Positions 57,987-64,000 of a DNA stretch of 64,000 bases are shown one piece after another (position 1 is the first letter of the stretch; each line of letters starts with the position of its first letter). Below the pieces are notes generated by a model, which was given only the letters and a program-made list of their open reading frames with translations, was not told the DNA's origin and searched no databases. The stretch covers positions 60,720 to 124,719 of the IMG/VR virus record IMGVR_UViG_3300008120_000016; one strand, written 5' to 3'. The stretch comes from a virus. The position numbers were made by a program, and so were the translations under genes.

Positions 57987-59213
57987 TTAGTTATATGTTT
58001 CAAGAGCAATTGTGTTAGCACCTTGAGCAGCATTAGCAGCTGTGATAACGTAGTTAGTCAAAGCTGAAACGTTTGTACCAGAAGGTACATAAAATACTAA
58101 CAAATACTGATCATTATCAAAAGTACCTGTAGGATTGTTAAAACGAGGTACATTATGAAGAATCATTACTCTATCATAAATTGCAGCCTTGTTAAATCCA
58201 ATCAATGAAGGGTTAGCTTCAATTTCCCTCATCCTTAAGCTATCTACACGAGAGCTATCAGGATAAGCTTCTTGACGATAACGACCATCGAGAATCAATT
58301 CACGAAGAACAGTTTCTCCAAGTCCTTCTGCTTGAGCAGCTGGTTGAGTTTCAGTGATTACAACACCTTGAACATTACAAGGATCTCCAGATTCATCAGT
58401 CATAGAAAGGATAATTTTCAAAGGCTGAAGTTCATAGAAATCTGTAGGAGTAAAAGTACAATCACCAAACTTAGTCTCAACATAAGCAACTTCAAGTTCC
58501 AAACAAGCATCATCAGCTGAATCAGTAGCAGGATCAAATGTGCTTACATATGTAGCAAGAGCAGCTTTAAAAGTAGCAATTTCAGCATCACTTGTACCAG
58601 CTTGAGTAGCTGTAAAAGTGCTATCAAAATTTGTTACTTTAACTTTCAAGAAGTCTTTAAGAATAGGATTATCAACAATTTGCTCAGCCCATTTAATTAC
58701 AGCAATTGTAGGATCTACAATATCACCTGTACATGTAGCATTACAATCGTCAGTGCAACATCCTGTAAATGCATCTAATGTACGATAAATGTTATGAGAC
58801 AAGAAACGAAGTGCAGGAGAACCTTTCAGATCCAAACGGAGTCTGTAAGTTTTACCACACTCAAGTCCAGTAACACAAACTCGTTGCTTTTCATTTTGAG
58901 GAAGACTTCCGTTATATTTAATTACACGAGTAATATATCTAGGATTAATAACCTTAGATTTTACAGACTCAGTGTAACCACCGTGAAAAGGACCAATTTT
59001 GTCTTTTGCATAATAAGATCCTTGTGCAAGAATAAACGGTTTAGTACTTGCAGCTTGTAATGCAGTTCCATCAGGAGTAAATGCACCAATTAAACCAGGA
59101 GTAGTGGTTGAATACAAACTTGCTGTACCATCAGGAGCAGATGAAAGCAATGAAATTGCATTACCTGTAACGTAAGGAAGAAAGCTCTTCCTAAAGGCGT
59201 GATTAAAATACAT
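57987..59213 (-). CDS. Conserved structural protein, probably the auxiliary capsid protein of crAss-like phages, 408 aa
   Basis: Codon usage like the MCP (highly expressed). Followed by its own terminator. GKTYRLRLDLKGSPALRF. Position downstream of the MCP and ring gene. Confidence 0.55.
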   Translation of the reverse strand: MYFNHAFRKSFLPYVTGNAISLLSSAPDGTASLYSTTTPGLIGAFTPDGTALQAASTKPFILAQGSYYAKDKIGPFHGGYTESVKSKVINPRYITRVIKYNGSLPQNEKQRVCVTGLECGKTYRLRLDLKGSPALRFLSHNIYRTLDAFTGCCTDDCNATCTGDIVDPTIAVIKWAEQIVDNPILKDFLKVKVTNFDSTFTATQAGTSDAEIATFKAALATYVSTFDPATDSADDACLELEVAYVETKFGDCTFTPTDFYELQPLKIILSMTDESGDPCNVQGVVITETQPAAQAEGLGETVLRELILDGRYRQEAYPDSSRVDSLRMREIEANPSLIGFNKAAIYDRVMILHNVPRFNNPTGTFDNDQYLLVFYVPSGTNVSALTNYVITAANAAQGANTIALETYN

Positions 59214-59279
59214 AGCTTTTAATTTAAGGGGTTATAAAAAATAAATAAACAATTTTACTTTATAATATAATATAAGAAA

Positions 59280-59729
59280 TTATTTTAAAAATAACAACTT
59301 ATATTTTATAGAATTTATTGTAGACTTAATATTATCAAGATCATTTACAATCTCACTATACGGCATAGATGATTGTAATGAACATATTTTGTCATACAAC
59401 TTTCTAAGAAAATCCAAACCTTCTTCTACATTGTTTAATTCTGAAGCAGCTGTATTTGGAAGTTCTAATATTTTTTCAGCAGCACCTTGAAATCCTTCTA
59501 CAAGATCATCAGCATGTCCTGTAAATGCTTCATAATCAAGTGCTTTGTGAGCAGCAAATGATCCAAGCCCTGTCACTTTAAGATGAAGCTTATGAAGACT
59601 TGTTACAGCATTTAAAAGATCTTGTGCTAAAGCTGCTGTTTGCATACATAGTGAACAATTATCTGACATTTGAACTGTAATACTAACAGGACTTGCAGAA
59701 AAAATTGAGTTTCTTGAAATCTTTTGCAT
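59280..59729 (-). CDS. Ferritin/Dps-like four-helix protein (DUF5856-like)
   Basis: HKLHLKVTG.GSFAAHKALD...DDLVEGFQG...EIVNDLDNIKSTINSIKYKLLFL. Confidence 0.75.
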   Translation of the reverse strand: MQKISRNSIFSASPVSITVQMSDNCSLCMQTAALAQDLLNAVTSLHKLHLKVTGLGSFAAHKALDYEAFTGHADDLVEGFQGAAEKILELPNTAASELNNVEEGLDFLRKLYDKICSLQSSMPYSEIVNDLDNIKSTINSIKYKLLFLK

Positions 59730-59730
59730 G

Positions 59731-60432
59731 TTAACTATTTAATTGTACATTTTGTTGTTCTCTTTGATATTGTGTTAAACTTTCAATATCACCAGCTAAT
59801 ATACTAGCTGCAGCATCAACTAAAATTTCTGCAATGTCATCGTTAAACTCACATGTCTGATCTGCACTAAATACTGCTCCAGTACTTGGATCGGTACAAC
59901 CATTAAATTGAACTTCTCTTGGTTTTCTGTAATATGTTAGATGACATTCTGTAATATCAAACTCATCATTTGTGTAAACTCTTAAATTATTATTAATAAG
60001 AGTTGATACAGTTTCTCCCCATTCAAAGTTTGGTTGTTTATCTTTATTATTTAAGATAATTGAAATATTTGCTTCTTCCACTTCATAAACTGTCATTCTA
60101 CGAGCAGGACAACATTCTTTTTTTGCAAATACATCAGTTCTTACATAATGCAGATAATCAGTAGGTAAAGAAGTAGATCTGTAATAAATTCCCCTATCAA
60201 GCATATTTAATGATTGATGCTTAAGTAATTTCTGTAAGTCATCAACTAATCCACTTGATATTTCTTCACCTTGCTTTCTAGTGTTAATACCATACATCTG
60301 CCTTCTAACCCATTCAATTTGAGCTTTATTAAAAGCTTCTTGAACTTGCCAGCACTCTATGTTATCATAGTCAAAACTTGCAAGTTTATTAAGCCTTTGT
60401 TTAATCTTTATTTGAAGTAGATTATTATTCAT
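59731..60432 (-). CDS. Head-tail ring protein (crAss-like)
   Basis: FNKAQIEWV...DDLQKLL...LTYYRKPREV...EILVDAAASILAGDIE. Confidence 0.65.
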   Translation of the reverse strand: MNNNLLQIKIKQRLNKLASFDYDNIECWQVQEAFNKAQIEWVRRQMYGINTRKQGEEISSGLVDDLQKLLKHQSLNMLDRGIYYRSTSLPTDYLHYVRTDVFAKKECCPARRMTVYEVEEANISIILNNKDKQPNFEWGETVSTLINNNLRVYTNDEFDITECHLTYYRKPREVQFNGCTDPSTGAVFSADQTCEFNDDIAEILVDAAASILAGDIESLTQYQREQQNVQLNS

Positions 60433-60436
60433 CTAA

Positions 60437-60592
60437 TTAACACTTTTTACCTTTCTTAACTGATCCACCCATTTTCATAGTGGCTCCTGCAATTCTATCA
60501 GCATGTGTAGCACTAGGATTTTTATCAATTCCTTTTTTTACAGAAAGCATTCCGAATGAAGTGGACCCACCTTTTGACATTTTCTTTTTCAT
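60437..60592 (-). CDS. 51-aa Lys-rich microprotein with two MxxGG motifs (MKKKMSKGG...MKMGGSVKKGKKC)
   Basis: Translated by hand. Tight packing between neighbouring genes. Confidence 0.75.
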   Translation of the reverse strand: MKKKMSKGGSTSFGMLSVKKGIDKNPSATHADRIAGATMKMGGSVKKGKKC

Positions 60593-60596
60593 GTTA

Positions 60597-60764
60597 TTAA
60601 CCTTTTACTTTTTTAAGATTAGGATTTGCTCTTTTTGCAGCAGGTGAAGCTTTACGAGTTGCAGATGCTAAAATAGCTCCAGCAGCTTCTTTACTTACAC
60701 CTTGTTTTTTTGCAATACTAGATTGTACTGCTTTGAATCCAGGATGTGCTTTAGACTTACTCAT
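60597..60764 (-). CDS. 55-aa basic microprotein (MSKSKAHPGFKAVQSSIAKKQG...AGAILASATRKASPAAKRANPNLKKVKG)
   Basis: Translated by hand. ATGA overlap with the upstream gene. Confidence 0.8.
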   Translation of the reverse strand: MSKSKAHPGFKAVQSSIAKKQGVSKEAAGAILASATRKASPAAKRANPNLKKVKG

Positions 60765-60907
60765 TTAGTTTTAGCTTTTATTTTCTTTTCTTGCTTAAGC
60801 ATCTCAGCTGTAGGTTTCTTTCCAGAACCTTTAGCTGCACGGATATTATCCCAAAGTCCTCTTTGAGAGTAAGATCCATCCTTTCGTTTTATCATTTCTT
60901 TTGCCAT
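60761..60907 (-). CDS. 48-aa basic microprotein (MAKEMIKRKDGSYSQRGLWDNIRAAKGSGKKPTAEMLKQEKKIKAKTK)
   Basis: Translated by hand. Starts 3 nt after the upstream stop. Confidence 0.8.
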   Translation of the reverse strand: MAKEMIKRKDGSYSQRGLWDNIRAAKGSGKKPTAEMLKQEKKIKAKTK

Positions 60908-60909
60908 AA

Positions 60910-61926
60910 TTATTGATTCCAATGTTCTTCAACTTTTTTAGTAATGTCTACAAGAATTTCTTCATTTAAAGGATTCTTAAGATATTCTACACAATCTGCT
61001 AAAGTACGACCCATCATTGTAGATGTGGACATATGATAAATAAAACCATCTGATTTAGAAGCAATATATCTATAATAGTTTGCTTCTTTTACAATTGCTC
61101 TAATTTTTAGAGATTCCATATCTAAACCTGCAGCATCTAAAAATTTACGAGCTGTAACTTTTTTATTTTTATCTACAAGATCACCATTAATGTATTTATC
61201 CATATTATCATAGATAATATCATTAGGAGTGGACTTTTTGTATTGTGCTCCGTTTACATCCAAAATTTTTGCTATGTAAAGCAGTTTGTTAGTATTTTTA
61301 TCAAAGAGCTTTTGAAGTTCTGAAAGAGCTTTGTTTCTAAGCTTTTTCACTTCAGTATTTAAAGAAGCTGTTTCTTCTACTCTATGTAGATAAAATTTAG
61401 GTGGAACTGATGCAGCTCTAGCTTCTTCTAAAGATTTTGCAACAATTGAAAACCCACCATTTTCTATAGCATACAACCTAATTAAATCATAAGGATCGGT
61501 ATTAGGTTCTAAATGCACAGGTTCGTTTCCACAACGAACTTTAATCTTATCCCAAAATTCGTTATTATCAGGTCTGAGTAATTTTACTTTATTCCAAAAC
61601 TCTTTGTCTTCAGGATCAATTACATTAGCTGCAAGTTCTTTTTCAAGTTGTGCTACAACTAATCTAATTTGTTTAATTTTTGCTTCTTGCTCATCCAAAG
61701 ATAATGATTTAACTTCTGGAGCAAATTCATTTAATCCTGTTAAATACCTTTTAATTCCATTAATCTCTAAACATGCAATTGATTCTTCATGAAAAGCACC
61801 ATCAAAAAGACTTAACCCATACTTTTGCAATCCCATGTTTTCAATTGCCGGATCAAAATAAGGACGAATTGAAAGGTTTGATTTTTTGTTTTGTGGATAC
61901 CTTTCCACAATAGTAACACTACTCAT
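60910..61926 (-). CDS. Conserved crAss-like protein encoded downstream of the MCP, 338 aa
   Basis: YLTGLNEFAPEV, LDVNGAQYKKSTP, EYLKNPLN. Synteny. Confidence 0.6.
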   Translation of the reverse strand: MSSVTIVERYPQNKKSNLSIRPYFDPAIENMGLQKYGLSLFDGAFHEESIACLEINGIKRYLTGLNEFAPEVKSLSLDEQEAKIKQIRLVVAQLEKELAANVIDPEDKEFWNKVKLLRPDNNEFWDKIKVRCGNEPVHLEPNTDPYDLIRLYAIENGGFSIVAKSLEEARAASVPPKFYLHRVEETASLNTEVKKLRNKALSELQKLFDKNTNKLLYIAKILDVNGAQYKKSTPNDIIYDNMDKYINGDLVDKNKKVTARKFLDAAGLDMESLKIRAIVKEANYYRYIASKSDGFIYHMSTSTMMGRTLADCVEYLKNPLNEEILVDITKKVEEHWNQ

Positions 61927-61976
61927 GTTTGGTTTATTTATTGGTTTATGTTAATCGGTTACATTTTGTAACCATC

Positions 61977-62207
61977 TTAATCTAATATTCTTGAAATCCA
62001 ACTTTGTTTAGGCTGGTCTTCTTTATTTTTTTCACCACGTGCTAAAGCTTTACTTAACTCAGCATCAGTGAACATAAGACATTTTACTTTACGATTTAAT
62101 TTAACAAGCACAGTTACATACTCTTCATTTTCATTTGTAAATGTTTTAGTCTTTTGATTTTTAATTCTCAAAAGCTTACCTAATCGAGTGTAAATTTCTA
62201 GTGCCAT
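61977..62207 (-). CDS. Hypothetical protein, 76 aa
   Basis: ORF track. Plausible A-rich leader. Confidence 0.6.
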   Translation of the reverse strand: MALEIYTRLGKLLRIKNQKTKTFTNENEEYVTVLVKLNRKVKCLMFTDAELSKALARGEKNKEDQPKQSWISRILD

Positions 62208-62225
62208 GGTTGTAAGTTTTATATG

Positions 62226-62305
62226 AACCTAATAAGAGTTGCCAACTCTTCACTTTGGCCAAAGTGGTAGGCATACAATAGGTTGTTCAAGGATACTATC
62301 CTTGA
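62226..62305 (-). ncRNA. Candidate structured RNA / cis-element with multiple perfect stems
   Basis: Stems TCAAGGAT/ATCCTTGA, CACTTT/AAAGTG and AAGAGT/ACTCTT. The latter two are enclosed by AACCTA/TAGGTT. Fully intergenic. Confidence 0.45.
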
Positions 62306-62310
62306 GGGGG

Positions 62311-62463
62311 TTACTTTTTCTTTTTCATCCCAACAGCAGAAGACTGAGTCTTATTACCTGGTAAAGTAGCTGCTTTGTTAACACCTACTTTTACACCTTT
62401 AGATCCAGGTGTAGTTTGAACAGTAGCTTTTGCACTTTTGGGAGTTTTTGGATTACCTGCCAT
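62311..62463 (-). CDS. 50-aa Lys-rich microprotein (MAGNPKTPKSAKATVQTTPGSKGVKVG...MKKKK)
   Basis: Translated by hand. A-rich leader directly after the post-MCP hairpin. Confidence 0.7.
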   Translation of the reverse strand: MAGNPKTPKSAKATVQTTPGSKGVKVGVNKAATLPGNKTQSSAVGMKKKK

Positions 62464-62499
62464 TTTTTTTCTTTTTAATTGTTATCAATATATATAAAG

Positions 62500-62534
62500 A
62501 CCTGGGTGCTGTTCTTATGGGAAGCAACCCAGGT
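62500..62534 (-). terminator. GC-rich hairpin after the MCP (terminator or transcript-stabilising stem)
   Basis: ACCTGGG-T-TGCT...AGCA-CCCAGGT. The following U-tract is weak (CTTTATAT). Confidence 0.55.
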
Positions 62535-62546
62535 ACTGTTATATTA

Positions 62547-64000
62547 TTAGAATGAACCACCAGTGATTGGGTTTCTCATAACAATCTTCAACACTTTGGT
62601 AGGATCTTTAACCCAGATAGCCGGCATAGTTTGTGTCATGAATACACGGTATCCGTTAAAGTTACCAGAAGATTGGAATCCTTGAGTACGACCCATATAG
62701 TCCATAGTACCATTCTGATAGAACCACTTCAGTTGATTATCCCAGCTGAGTTTCAGCAAGAAGATATTATCGTTAGTGTTATCAGTGATATCAAAGATAA
62801 TGAAATTATATGAACTAAGAGGGAAACCATCAATAATTGGATTTTCAATATCGTTAGTATGTACGTTATCAAATGCAGGATTCAGTACAAACTTAACGTT
62901 AGCCAAGAATGGGATGATGTAGCTAGTGTAAGCAAATCCGAAGTTCAGATCCATTCCTTTACCAGTTACAGCTCCAAGTTCACTAGCATTAAGAACCAGA
63001 CCTGAGTTAACAGCTTCTTTCTTAATTGCTTCGTTAACAAGCTTCATACCACCAAGACCAGTTTGAACAATCAATGCACGATTGGGTTCAGGTCCTTTAA
63101 ATTCAACTTTACCATTGAAGAAGTTGAAGATCTCAGACTTAAACAAATCAAGATTGAAAGAACCACGGTTGTAGATACGCTTGTAAGAGTTATCAAGTTG
63201 TTTCCAAAGACCCACAGACAAACGAAGATCATCTGGACCATCTTGCTTAATACGTCCACCTTGTCCCCACATCAAGTAGGTTTCGATGTCATTAGCAATT
63301 TTAGTCAGGTGAGCAGCTTCCAAAGTGGTCAAGAAAGAACGTGTAAGCTGTCCAGATTGGTAAGCTTTTTTCACGTAATCTTTACCCATTTTTTCTGCCA
63401 TTGTTTCCAAATTGGTAACAGAAGGATCAACATTTTTATCAAAGTTTCTCCAAAGCTCAACTACAGGTACAGTTCCATCAGCTTTCATACCACCTTTCAT
63501 CATAAGGTCAGCACGAGAAGAAATAGAATAATGTACGTGAGCTTCAGCACCACCTACGTAGTTATAGAACTCACGAAAACCTGCTGATACGTTACCGATA
63601 TCAGAAAAACGTTCTCCGTATTCACCACGAGCAGAACCTTTACGGAAGATTTTTGTACCAACTTTCAAATACTTGTTATCCAAGAATTTGTTGTTGTCGT
63701 TGTTAACCAATTGTACTGTATAAATGAAACCATCACCAGCTGGAATAACATCATCAGCAGTAATGTACATTTCTACACCGTTATATTTGTCATAAGTGAT
63801 GATATCACCATGTCCAAAGTAACGCTTGTTAACTTTAATTTTAAATGATTGACCATCAATACCTTTTTTAGTATTGTTGAGTTCAATGTCTTCCACAATA
63901 TATGGAAGATCTTGGGCAACTGGAATTTGCCATTTGTACTCACCACGAGCATTATCAACTGAGATAACGTTCTTACCACCAAAAGAAGACATTTGATACA
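62547..64000 (-). CDS. Major capsid protein (crAss-like), 5'-truncated
   Basis: The frame stays open upstream of the called Met (..YQMSSFGG) to the window edge. GEYKWQIP, RGSARGEYGERFS, YLMWGQGG, VGLWKQLD, FMTQTMPAIWVKDPTKVLKI. Highly-expressed codon usage. Confidence 0.85.
   Translation of the reverse strand, partial: YQMSSFGGKNVISVDNARGEYKWQIPVAQDLPYIVEDIELNNTKKGIDGQSFKIKVNKRYFGHGDIITYDKYNGVEMYITADDVIPAGDGFIYTVQLVNNDNNKFLDNKYLKVGTKIFRKGSARGEYGERFSDIGNVSAGFREFYNYVGGAEAHVHYSISSRADLMMKGGMKADGTVPVVELWRNFDKNVDPSVTNLETMAEKMGKDYVKKAYQSGQLTRSFLTTLEAAHLTKIANDIETYLMWGQGGRIKQDGPDDLRLSVGLWKQLDNSYKRIYNRGSFNLDLFKSEIFNFFNGKVEFKGPEPNRALIVQTGLGGMKLVNEAIKKEAVNSGLVLNASELGAVTGKGMDLNFGFAYTSYIIPFLANVKFVLNPAFDNVHTNDIENPIIDGFPLSSYNFIIFDITDNTNDNIFLLKLSWDNQLKWFYQNGTMDYMGRTQGFQSSGNFNGYRVFMTQTMPAIWVKDPTKVLKIVMRNPITGGSF

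Noticed and set aside
62226-62305. tRNA gene
   Set aside because: No TTCRA T-loop, D-arm consensus, 7-bp acceptor stem or CCA. Retained only as a generic structured element.
2517-63982. The many 60-174-aa ORFs on the + strand or in alternative minus frames listed in the ORF track
   Set aside because: They lie antisense to or inside long conserved genes, have low-complexity shadow compositions (Leu/Ile/Phe-rich) and show no motifs.
63990-63992. MSSFGG as the true MCP start
   Set aside because: The frame is open to the window edge with no stop or leader upstream, so the gene begins outside the window.
1-64000. Stop-codon reassignment (TAG=Gln or TGA=Trp), known in some Crassvirales
   Set aside because: Genes of up to 2901 aa are intact in code 11, and TAG/TGA act as genuine stops with coupled overlaps (TAGTG at 52804, TGA at 34192 and 60761).

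Overview
The window is a 64-kb, AT-rich slice of a large Crassvirales-like (crAss/phi14:2-type, probably Bacteroidota-infecting) phage genome. It covers the virion and late module, and every credible gene is on the minus strand in genetic code 11. In transcription order (right to left) it contains: (1) the major capsid protein (5'-truncated), several Lys-rich microproteins, conserved head/neck proteins and a ferritin/Dps-like gene; (2) a repeat-rich tail fibre; (3) an ~11-kb cluster of ten Cys-rich and/or Thr-rich (mucin-like) genes, followed directly by four glycan-modifying enzymes (a putative protein O-glycosyltransferase, GT2-like, FkbM methyltransferase, GT7-like); (4) a metallophosphoesterase, an IHF-like protein, tail ring proteins and the muzzle/stabilization protein; (5) large internal cargo proteins carrying LysM, L,D-transpeptidase-like, M23, lysozyme-like and zincin domains; and (6) the giant virion RNA polymerase (GSDFDIDK motif), which runs off the left edge and is missing from the ORF track. 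The strongest candidate for an undescribed system is a phage-encoded mucin-like glycoprotein coat. It consists of PTTAA/TTTT-rich paralogous surface proteins in alternating gene pairs, three proteins sharing a near-identical 23-aa C-terminal tag, and an adjacent glycosylation cassette. All family assignments come from motif recognition by eye; no database searches were run.
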